Shown piece after piece: positions 56,321 to 64,000 of a stretch of DNA of 64,000 nt. The position numbers were made by a program, and so were the translations under genes. Origin of the DNA: an uncultured Saprospiraceae bacterium. Lineage in GTDB: Bacteria; Bacteroidota; Bacteroidia; Chitinophagales; Saprospiraceae. The stretch lies in the NCBI GenBank assembly GCA_905480605.1, contig CAJQRD010000020.1:1-64000 (forward strand). Reading direction: 5' to 3'. The notes under the pieces were generated by a model. It did not search any database, was not told the DNA's origin, and was given only the letters and a program-made list of their open reading frames with translations. The stretch's first letter is position 1. Every line of letters begins with the position of its first letter.

Positions 56321-56367
56321 AAGCTCTGCCAGAGAGTCATCTCTGCAAGAGAGGGGTCTCTTGCGCG
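56321..56367. repeat. Short repeat cluster A (AAGCTCTGCCAGAGAG ... CTCTGCAAGAGAGGGGTCTCTTGCGCG), related to the 32.2-32.4 kb palindromes
   Basis: Read directly. Confidence 0.6.
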
Positions 56368-56466
56368 TCATAAAAGGCTCACTTCAGGTTTATTAATTTT
56401 GATTTAGGTGAAATGAATTACCTAATCTTCTGATTTTCAGGTTATTGTTTCCTTTTAATGCTTGAT

Positions 56467-56508
56467 CTCTGCCAAAGAGGGGTCTCTGCCAGGGAGGGTG
56501 CCCTTGCC
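56467..56508. repeat. Short repeat cluster B (CTCTGCCAAAGAGGGGTCTCTGCCAGGGAGGG)
   Basis: Read directly; the core is CTCTGCCARAGAGGGGTCTC. Confidence 0.6.
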
Positions 56509-56739
56509 TTAAAACAAACTTACCGAAATACCTTTTTGGATGTTTTTGATATTTTGACGAAGTAAACCTGCACCATTCGTTGATCTGTCAAGTAAACTGA
56601 ATTCGGCAAATTCTGATAGGCCATGGTATTATCTTCCAAATATTCCTATTTTTTTCATAATACTGATATTTAGACCTAGAAATGCCCCCTAAACTATTAT
56701 CTTGCAAAACACTGGAACCTGCTAAATAATCATCATTCC

Positions 56740-56990
56740 CTAAAATAACTTAATGCTAATTTCGAGTTGTAGATTTGATAACCAATAAGTTTTTTTCTGA
56801 GATATGCAGCGCTAAACCAAATGTTAAAAAAGGTTGTATGTATGCTTCAAATTCAAATGTTACAAAGTCTAGAGTTTCACCAAATCTGCCATCCGTTGAG
56901 TTGGTTCCAACAGCTCCGTAAACTGAAACTTGTGCATTAGCAGAAATAGAAAAACAAAATAATAGAGCAAAAATAATTATGCTTACACAT
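56740..56990 (-). pseudogene. possible remnant of a small outer-membrane beta-barrel protein gene
   Basis: The minus strand reads ..IIIFALLFCFSISANAQVSVYGAVGTNSTDGRFGETLDFVTFEFEAYIQPFLTFGLALHISEKNLLV..*. An in-frame stop precedes it with no ATG between, and a separate 17-aa MCKHNYFCSIILFFYFC* ORF lies in another frame. Confidence 0.3.
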
Positions 56991-57058
56991 AATTGAAGGT
57001 TTTAGATTGTTTAACGATTCTAAAAAGCATTCCTATATTTTATATTATACGTTTTATT

Positions 57059-59818
57059 TTATTTTTCATCTATCTGAAATCCATCATTGTAAGCTCGCTC
57101 AACCGCTGGAACACCTTTTTTCATCCAGACTGGCATTGGTTTGTTCATTAAATAATGATCAAAAAACTGCTCAAGTCTTTTGTTGAAATCTATTCTGTTT
57201 GGTCGCTTAACGGGCCAATGTGGTTCATCATTATAATTCAAAAGCCAAGTAGGCTTGCCTAATCTTCTAAGCCCAACAAAATATTCAATACCTTGATACC
57301 AGGGCACTGCTCCGTCATCGTCGTTGTGTAAAATAAGCACAGGTGTAGTTACCTTATCGAGGTTAAAAACAGGAGAATTTTCCAAGTACAAATCGGGATT
57401 TTCCCACAATGTAGCACCCAAGCGACTCTGTGTTTTTTCATATTGAAATTGACGACTCATACCGCTTCCCCATCTTATCCCACCATATGCAGAAATCATA
57501 TTTACTACAGGAGCTCCTGATTCAGCACAAGCGAATCTTTCTGTCTTTGTTAATAAGTCTGCGATTTGATATCCTCCCCAACTATGACCTTGAAGGCCCA
57601 TTCTTTTTTCGTCTACGTATCCCTTTTCTAGAAGAGCATCAACGCCAGACATTACAGCTCTGTAACAGCTATTCCCAGGATAACCAACATCATATCTCAC
57701 GTCAGGATTAAAAATAACATACCCTTTATTTGTCCAATAAGTATAGTTGATTGTTGAACGTCCTGGGAATGGGGCACGATGTAAATATAGACGGTCAGAT
57801 GATCTTTCATAAAAATTTACAATCAGCGGATATTTTTTATTAGGATCAAAATTGTCAGGTTTTGCAATCAATCCTTGTACCTCTTTTCCCTCTCCATCCT
57901 TCCATTCAAAAAGCTCAATGCTTCCCCATGCATAATCCTTTTGTTGTGGGTTGGCATCTGTAATGACCTCTTGGTTTTTAAAATTTGTGTCACTAAGAAT
58001 TAAGTTCGGAAAGTTATCAAAGGAAGCCTTCTTGAAAATAATTTCATCTGAATTTTGAGCTTTTACAATTCTGCTAGTATAGTCAAATTTTCCATTTTCA
58101 ATTTCAGAAATTTTACCAGATTTTAAATTTAAAAAGGCATAGCCTGATTTTTTGTTTTTAGTGCTAAATGTTTTTAAAAGAACTGTTGTGTCAGAAGGCA
58201 AAGATCTAACTTCTCTGTCAATTTTTATATAACTATATCGTATTTTGTTTTTTCTTCCATTCGTTATTTTTTGTGGCAAGGATTCACCATTAGGGTTGAT
58301 TTTATAAATATCATAATCATCGTAAAAGTACATATGTGTATCATCATTCTCCCATGCCATTAACCCTCTGGTTCTTGGGTTAGACGGTGCATCATGTAAT
58401 TCATAAAAATATTTGCCTTCTGTTAGTTTTCTCAATTTTCTCGTTTCAACATTATATGACATCCAAGATGTGTCGATTCTGCTGTACCATGAGATATATT
58501 TTTCTGAAGGCGATAACTTTGGGTCTCCTTGTATTTTTTTTGAAACAAGTCTTTTACGTCCATCTTTATGATTTGTAACATACAAATCTTTGAAAGCATA
58601 GCCAAGCCAAGAAATGTACTTCTTATAATCTTCTGAAGTAGATGTTACGGTATAATTTCCACTGTGTTTGTAATTAAAGTCTACATCTGGAGTTTCAATG
58701 TTTGTCAATGTCTTGAATGAATTTTCCTTAATGTCGTATCTCACCAAATAAGACTTATCTAAGTCTCTCTTTAATCTTACATTTTGCTGAGTGTATAAAG
58801 TTTGATCTTGATAATTCCAAATCTCAACTTTAGCTTTTTCAGAATCTAAAATGGTTGTGTCTGCTTTTGGGGGAATAGGATTTGAACCAAAATAAAGATA
58901 GTTGTTGTTTTCAGAAAAAACCACTGTTCTCTTGTCACTTATTGTCCAGTTTTTCTTTAGAAAATCAGACGAAGTGGTAGCAATTACTTTTGCGTAGTCT
59001 CCGCCATTCCACATCATAAGTTCGTAGGGTCGGTCCTCTATTTTAGTTGTGTCCCTGTCAAGGATAAATGCCAGTTTATCTCCTTGTTCATTAAATCTAA
59101 ATTTTGAATATTTTCCTTTATGATTGAATATACTTTTCTCTTCAAATGTATTGTAATCTATGATGCTTATGGTGTTGTTTTGAATAGAATCCTTACCAGT
59201 AGAATGGACCATCAATTGGTTGTTAAATTTTGACCATTCGTAATCCAAAGTATATGGATAAGAGATGATCGTGTTCTTATTGTCATTGTATACAAAAAGT
59301 TGGGTGCCGTTTTCTTTTCCCTCATCTTTTACTAATGTGGTGTCTTTTTTTGATGATCTTTTATGCAGTTTTAATGCCACTGAACCACCACCCTTTTCTG
59401 GCATTTTATATGAATCAACATCAGGAATTTTATCAAATTGATATTGCATAAGACTGTAAATGCCCATTGTATCTTTAGGCATTTTATCTTTTTTGACTTT
59501 CTCTTTTTTTAATTTGTTTATAGTGTCAATATGGGGGGATATTTGAAATGCAATGAATTTATTCGTAAAATCAAACTTAGCATTGTGCGCGCGTTCGAAT
59601 TTTGTAGTTTGTTTTGTTTGGGTATTGTACAAACAAAGTGTCTCATCTCCTTTGCCAGGCTTAATTGAATAAGAGACCCATTGACCACTTGGAGAAATAA
59701 TTACATCTTCAATCTTATTCCAAATATCCCAGGTATCGGGTGTCATGGATTTTTTTTGTGAAAATATCGCTGTTGAAAATAATATAATTAGGGAGGTCTG
59801 AAATAATCTTGAGAACAT
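57059..59818 (-). CDS. S9-family serine peptidase (prolyl oligopeptidase / dipeptidyl-peptidase type) with an N-terminal beta-propeller
   Basis: Signal peptide, long propeller region, C-terminal alpha/beta-hydrolase with GHSWGGY nucleophile motif and downstream Asp/His. Confidence 0.85.
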   Translation of the reverse strand: MFSRLFQTSLIILFSTAIFSQKKSMTPDTWDIWNKIEDVIISPSGQWVSYSIKPGKGDETLCLYNTQTKQTTKFERAHNAKFDFTNKFIAFQISPHIDTINKLKKEKVKKDKMPKDTMGIYSLMQYQFDKIPDVDSYKMPEKGGGSVALKLHKRSSKKDTTLVKDEGKENGTQLFVYNDNKNTIISYPYTLDYEWSKFNNQLMVHSTGKDSIQNNTISIIDYNTFEEKSIFNHKGKYSKFRFNEQGDKLAFILDRDTTKIEDRPYELMMWNGGDYAKVIATTSSDFLKKNWTISDKRTVVFSENNNYLYFGSNPIPPKADTTILDSEKAKVEIWNYQDQTLYTQQNVRLKRDLDKSYLVRYDIKENSFKTLTNIETPDVDFNYKHSGNYTVTSTSEDYKKYISWLGYAFKDLYVTNHKDGRKRLVSKKIQGDPKLSPSEKYISWYSRIDTSWMSYNVETRKLRKLTEGKYFYELHDAPSNPRTRGLMAWENDDTHMYFYDDYDIYKINPNGESLPQKITNGRKNKIRYSYIKIDREVRSLPSDTTVLLKTFSTKNKKSGYAFLNLKSGKISEIENGKFDYTSRIVKAQNSDEIIFKKASFDNFPNLILSDTNFKNQEVITDANPQQKDYAWGSIELFEWKDGEGKEVQGLIAKPDNFDPNKKYPLIVNFYERSSDRLYLHRAPFPGRSTINYTYWTNKGYVIFNPDVRYDVGYPGNSCYRAVMSGVDALLEKGYVDEKRMGLQGHSWGGYQIADLLTKTERFACAESGAPVVNMISAYGGIRWGSGMSRQFQYEKTQSRLGATLWENPDLYLENSPVFNLDKVTTPVLILHNDDDGAVPWYQGIEYFVGLRRLGKPTWLLNYNDEPHWPVKRPNRIDFNKRLEQFFDHYLMNKPMPVWMKKGVPAVERAYNDGFQIDEK

Positions 59819-60002
59819 AGGTTAAAGTTAAAATGTGTTGAGATAGCAATATAGAAATTAATTTGTCGATTTATTGGTCTAAGAATTGTTTTTCTTATTG
59901 ACTACTTAATATTACTGTCATATAGGTTTTTAAATGATTCTAGACTAAGAACCAATACTTTATAGTTATATTTGCATATTTTATAATATATAACTAGCAA
60001 TT

Positions 60003-60797
60003 TTGACACTTAAGCGTTTTTTCTATCATCTTTTATTAATGGCGGCCTTTGTGGTCTTGGTTTTTGTTGGTGTTTTACTTTGGCTTAAGGTATATACGAA
60101 TCATGGCCAAAAGTTGGAATTGCCGAATTATAAAGAGATGCAATTGGAAAAAGCAAAGTCTGATGCAAAAGCCAAATCTTTTGAAATTATTGTAAAAGAC
60201 TCATTATATGAAGTTGGTGTTCCTGGTGGACAAATATTGACTCAAAACCCAGTTGCAGGTTCATTGGTTAAAGAAAATCGTAAGGTTTATGTCGATATTG
60301 CAAGATATAACGCTACGGTAAATAAATTGGCTGATCTACCAATGATGTATGGACGTGAATACAATGGTGTAAAAAGATCATTGACTCATTTAGAAATAAA
60401 CTCTAAAATTGCCAGATACAAGCATGATATCGGGGAGCCTGACCATATTTTAGAAGTCTACTATAACAATAAGCTTGTTGATGGGAAAAATGGTAAAACA
60501 CCCAATGTTGAGATAAAGACAGGTGGAACACTTGAATTTGTATTGAGTAACAGAAGAGGGGGATCTTCTCAAATTCCAGATTTGAAGTGTAAAAGGATGA
60601 AAACAGTCAAATTTATCCTTGGAAAGAGTTTTCTCAAACTAGGAGATATCGAAAAAAGAGGAGCCATTGAGCTTAATAAAATGGATTCAACCTTTGTTAT
60701 CAGTCAATTTCCACCTTATAGAGACAGTACGACCGTAGATCACGGCACAACTATCGATATTGTTATCCAACAAGGTAAACCAGATATTTGTAAGTAA
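60003..60797 (+). CDS. PASTA-domain membrane protein
   Basis: N-terminal TM then tandem PASTA-like repeats. Confidence 0.65.
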   Translation: MTLKRFFYHLLLMAAFVVLVFVGVLLWLKVYTNHGQKLELPNYKEMQLEKAKSDAKAKSFEIIVKDSLYEVGVPGGQILTQNPVAGSLVKENRKVYVDIARYNATVNKLADLPMMYGREYNGVKRSLTHLEINSKIARYKHDIGEPDHILEVYYNNKLVDGKNGKTPNVEIKTGGTLEFVLSNRRGGSSQIPDLKCKRMKTVKFILGKSFLKLGDIEKRGAIELNKMDSTFVISQFPPYRDSTTVDHGTTIDIVIQQGKPDICK

Positions 60798-61041
60798 CCT
60801 TCTTAAATTACACAAGTCTATCAATGACGGTAAACCTTGATATTAAATAAGTTATACATTGTATTATTTTCTCTATGAATGAACAGTAATCATAGTATTC
60901 TGGTTTTTTTTTATCTAAATTTTACTTCTTGGTTAAATCGTTGCAAATAAAGCCACCAAACACCTAAAAAACACTTCTTTTATCTTGCATTATTGATAAA
61001 AAAACATCTACTTTTGCAGTCACTAAAAAAAGATCTTTCAA

Positions 61042-61581
61042 ATGCAGGCCTTAAATCAGTTTTCTATCCCAATTAAAGGATTGAATTTTGGTAAACACGA
61101 GTATGATTTTCTGATTCAAAATAGATTTTTTGATGAATTTGAAGGTTCTCCAATAAAGTTTGGAGAATTGAAAACGCATCTTGTCTTAGATCGAAGAATA
61201 AGAGATTTAGAACTTTATTTTTCGACTCAAGGATATATTGAATCAGAATGTGACAGATGTACAGCAGAAATAAAATTGCCCATTGATGCTTCGATTAAAT
61301 TTATAGTAAAATTTAGTGATGAAGAACAATCAGACGGAGAAGTTTTTTTCGTATCTACAGAAAGTCATGAAATCAATGTTGCGCAAATGGTGTATGAACA
61401 CCTAATTTTAGCAATCCCATTGATCAAAACATACGATTGTCAAGACGAAGATCCAATACCTTGTAATGAAAATGTACTTGATGTATTGGATGGAGTTGAA
61501 TATGAGCCTGAAGAAGAAGTTGTTAATAACAATCCATTTGGAGATGCTTTTAAAGATTTGAAAATTACAAAAACAAAATAA
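61042..61581 (+). CDS. yceD: YceD/DUF177 family protein
   Basis: Cys pairs (ESECDRC ... CQDEDPIPC); it sits immediately upstream of rpmF, the conserved arrangement. Confidence 0.8.
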   Translation: MQALNQFSIPIKGLNFGKHEYDFLIQNRFFDEFEGSPIKFGELKTHLVLDRRIRDLELYFSTQGYIESECDRCTAEIKLPIDASIKFIVKFSDEEQSDGEVFFVSTESHEINVAQMVYEHLILAIPLIKTYDCQDEDPIPCNENVLDVLDGVEYEPEEEVVNNNPFGDAFKDLKITKTK

Positions 61582-61582
61582 G

Positions 61583-61777
61583 ATGGCACATCCAAAGAGT
61601 AGAATATCCAAACAACGAAAAGGAAAAAGAAGAACGCATAAAAAAGCAACTATTCCTCAAATCGCTGTTTGTGGCAAAACTGGTGAAGCACACTTATATC
61701 ACAGAGCTTACGAGCATGAAGGTGATTTATATTACAAAGGTAAAGTGCTTGTGCAAGGCAATACTGAAGAAGTATAG
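61583..61777 (+). CDS. rpmF: 50S ribosomal protein L32
   Basis: [22 protein letters not shown]... is the L32 signature. Confidence 0.92.
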   Translation: MAHPKSRISKQRKGKRRTHKKATIPQIAVCGKTGEAHLYHRAYEHEGDLYYKGKVLVQGNTEEV

Positions 61778-61798
61778 CCTTATACATTCAAAATATAT

Positions 61799-61841
61799 GA
61801 GCCCTATGTGTAATTATTATTATACAAGGGCTTTTTTTGTT
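61799..61841 (+). terminator. Rho-independent terminator after rpmF (AGCCCT-...-AGGGCT + T7)
   Basis: Read directly. Confidence 0.6.
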
Positions 61842-61874
61842 TTACCTAACATGCTTTCATAACAAACTCATACC

Positions 61875-62255
61875 ATGAAAACTATAATCAATACTGAAAA
61901 TGCTCCTGCTCCTGTTGGACCTTACAATCAATCGGTAAAAGTTGGAAACATGCTTTTCATTTCTGGACAAATTGCTTTAGACCCAACAAATGGCGAATTG
62001 ATTCTGACTTCAATTGAAGACGAAACTGAGCAAGTCATGAAAAACCTTGGAGCTGTATTGAGCAAAGCCGGTATGAATTACGAAAACATTGTGAAAGCTT
62101 CAGTTTTTGTAAAAGATATGAACTTGTATAGCAGAATTAATGCTGTTTATGCAAAGTATTTTGATGAAGCGACCGCACCAGCTAGAGAACTTGTAGAAGT
62201 GGCCAACTTACCTAAGTTTGTCAATATCGAAATTTCTGTGATCGCAGCAGACTAA
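61875..62255 (+). CDS. ridA: RidA (YjgF/TdcF) reactive-enamine deaminase family protein
   Basis: 126 aa; APAPVGPYSQ-like N-terminus and conserved C-terminus. Confidence 0.88.
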   Translation: MKTIINTENAPAPVGPYNQSVKVGNMLFISGQIALDPTNGELILTSIEDETEQVMKNLGAVLSKAGMNYENIVKASVFVKDMNLYSRINAVYAKYFDEATAPARELVEVANLPKFVNIEISVIAAD

Positions 62256-62286
62256 TTAAGCATTACATTTATAAAATAGAGAAGAG

Positions 62287-63288
62287 ATGAAACGCGTACT
62301 ATCATGCATTCAACCCACAGGAGACATTCATTATGGTAACTATTTTGGTGCTGTAAAAAATTGGGTAGAATTACAAGAGACGTATCAAACAATTTATGGT
62401 GTTGTGGATTATCATGCTATGACGATGCCCTATAATCCTAAAAAATTGCGAGAAAATACCTGGGAGTTAATTTATAATTTGATGGCAATGGGAATTAAGC
62501 CTGATAATTTATTTATACAATCACTTGTTCCAGAACATGCAGAACTGAGTTGGATATTTAACAATTTTGCTTCTATGGGACGTGTTGAAAATATGACCCA
62601 ATTTAAGGATAAGAGTGTTCAAAGTAAAGCAGGGAAAGATGGGTTTATTTCAGTAGGACTTTTTGATTATCCTGTTTTACAAGCAGCTGATATATTAATT
62701 TATAAAGCTGATTTTGTTCCAGTTGGAGAAGATCAACGTCAGCACTTAGAGTTGACAAGAGAGATAGCTCAGAGATTCAACAATCAAGTTGGTAAAGAAT
62801 ATTTTGTATTGCCTGAAACATTATTTACCGAAACACCAAAAATAAAATCAACAGCCGATCCAAGCAGAAAGATGAGTAAAAGTGCAGGTGATAAACACAA
62901 CATCAGTGTTTTTGCTGAAGAAGCTGTTATAAGAAAGAGAATCAAGTCTGCTGTTACAGATACAGGTGAAGTTGTAGAAGGTCAAATGAGTGACGGTATT
63001 AAGAATTTATTTGAAATATTAAAAGCTGCAGACAGGCAAGATGATTTTGATAGTTTGATGGGTGATTACAACAGTGGAACCCTCAAATACTCAGCTCTAA
63101 AAGATGCTGTTGCAGAAGCACTTGTTGGTTTAAGCAATTCTTTCAATGCACGTAAGAAAGAAATTACAGCAGATAAAAGAGCGGTGAAATACCAAATCAA
63201 AATATCAAGTGACAATATCAGAAAGATAGCTCAAGAAACTATCAAAGAAGTTAAAGATTTATGTGGATTGGTTAATGTAAAATTCTAG
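62287..63288 (+). CDS. trpS: tryptophan--tRNA ligase
   Basis: Class I HIGH-type (QPTGDIHYGNYFG) and KMSKS motifs. Confidence 0.92.
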   Translation: MKRVLSCIQPTGDIHYGNYFGAVKNWVELQETYQTIYGVVDYHAMTMPYNPKKLRENTWELIYNLMAMGIKPDNLFIQSLVPEHAELSWIFNNFASMGRVENMTQFKDKSVQSKAGKDGFISVGLFDYPVLQAADILIYKADFVPVGEDQRQHLELTREIAQRFNNQVGKEYFVLPETLFTETPKIKSTADPSRKMSKSAGDKHNISVFAEEAVIRKRIKSAVTDTGEVVEGQMSDGIKNLFEILKAADRQDDFDSLMGDYNSGTLKYSALKDAVAEALVGLSNSFNARKKEITADKRAVKYQIKISSDNIRKIAQETIKEVKDLCGLVNVKF

Positions 63289-63290
63289 TT

Positions 63291-63896
63291 ATGAAAATTA
63301 TTTGTATAGGAAGAAACTATGTCAATCATGCTAAGGAAATGAATAGCGAAGTTCCTAAAGAACCAATGATTTTCATAAAGCCAGAAACGGCGATCAACAA
63401 TCAAGATACTCTTCAGTATCCTATATTTACCAAAAGCTTACATTATGAGCTAGAACTTGTGTTGAAGATTTCTAAAACAGGAAAAAATATCTCACTTGAG
63501 AATGCGTCACAGCATTATCAAGAGATTGGACTGGGAATTGACTTTACAGCAAGAGATATACAATACAAGTGTAAAGAAAAAGGACATCCTTGGGAAAAAG
63601 CCAAAGCATTTGATGATTCGGCAACAGTAGGAGCCTTTGTCAATAAAGAAAAATTGAACACACAGAACATCAGTTTTGAATTGAAATTAAACGATGAAAC
63701 AAAACAAATTGGAAGATCAAAAGATATGATCTTTGACTTTGATTACTTGATACATTATGCTTCACAATTTTTCACCTTGGAAGAGGGTGACCTTATTTTT
63801 ACAGGGACACCAGAAGGGGTAGGCGAAGTAAAAGTTGGTGATAAGCTTGTGGGTTATTTAGAATCCGAAATATTATTTAATGTCACAATAAATTAA
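63291..63896 (+). CDS. fumarylacetoacetate hydrolase (FAH) family protein
   Basis: [17 protein letters not shown]...; FAH-family metal-binding glutamates (YELELV) and C-terminal GTPEGVG. Confidence 0.85.
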   Translation: MKIICIGRNYVNHAKEMNSEVPKEPMIFIKPETAINNQDTLQYPIFTKSLHYELELVLKISKTGKNISLENASQHYQEIGLGIDFTARDIQYKCKEKGHPWEKAKAFDDSATVGAFVNKEKLNTQNISFELKLNDETKQIGRSKDMIFDFDYLIHYASQFFTLEEGDLIFTGTPEGVGEVKVGDKLVGYLESEILFNVTIN

Positions 63897-63930
63897 GATA
63901 TTTGTTCACAGAAAAAAAATTAATAAAAAT

Positions 63931-64000
63931 ATGCCATATTTATTTACATCAGAATCAGTATCAGAAGGACATCCAGATAAGGTATCTGATCAAATTTCTG
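63931..64000 (+). CDS. metK: S-adenosylmethionine synthetase, N-terminal 23 aa (continues beyond the window)
   Basis: [23 protein letters not shown] is the MetK N-terminal signature. Confidence 0.8.
   Translation, partial: MPYLFTSESVSEGHPDKVSDQIS

Noticed and set aside
63897-63930. SAM riboswitch upstream of metK
   Set aside because: The leader is only about 34 nt, too short for any SAM riboswitch class.

Overview
This 64 kb window reads as an AT-rich (about one-third GC) chromosomal segment from a Bacteroidota bacterium, probably Flavobacteriia-like. Three things support that: a lipase carrying a T9SS C-terminal sorting domain, a gldA-gldF-gldG-like ABC cluster followed by DUF4340, and Bacteroidetes-type promoter motifs (TTG ... 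TAnnTTTG). I found no rRNA, tRNA, CRISPR array, integrase or transposase.

Gene content is mostly housekeeping and metabolic. From the left: rsmA 3' end and yqeY; a DtxR/MntR-family repressor divergent from a TonB-dependent receptor, thioredoxin-like lipoprotein and MetA-like outer-membrane channel; an alkyltransferase-like protein (ATL); a phenylalanine hydroxylase cluster (phhA, phhB, doxX, Lrp, a QueD/PTPS homolog); a PAS histidine kinase with a receiver-cNMP-Crp hybrid regulator; a di-haem cytochrome c peroxidase; an ECF sigma / anti-sigma pair; an NfeD-flotillin pair; the gldAFG-like transporter; aconitase; gcvT; a HEAT-cyclophilin fusion; MoxR; PBP1A; pepD; a GH3 family protein; MscS; recO; a fused branched-chain keto-acid dehydrogenase E1 alpha/beta; M29 and S9 peptidases; a PASTA protein; yceD-rpmF; ridA; trpS; an FAH-family hydrolase; and the metK 5' end.

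I could not identify an obvious novel system such as a defence island or a biosynthetic cluster. The non-routine signals are:
- an 11-copy, 24-bp degenerate tandem repeat array;
- a palindromic operator overlapping the TonB receptor promoter;
- a dispersed palindromic repeat family with core AGCTCTGYCAGAG at two loci;
- several apparent pseudogenes or frameshifts (gldF-like at a T9 tract, an msrQ-like gene, a DsbA-like gene, an outer-membrane remnant, possibly a GT-C membrane protein);
- an unusual REC-CAP-HTH response regulator.

Coordinates of small motifs were counted by hand and may be off by a few nucleotides.
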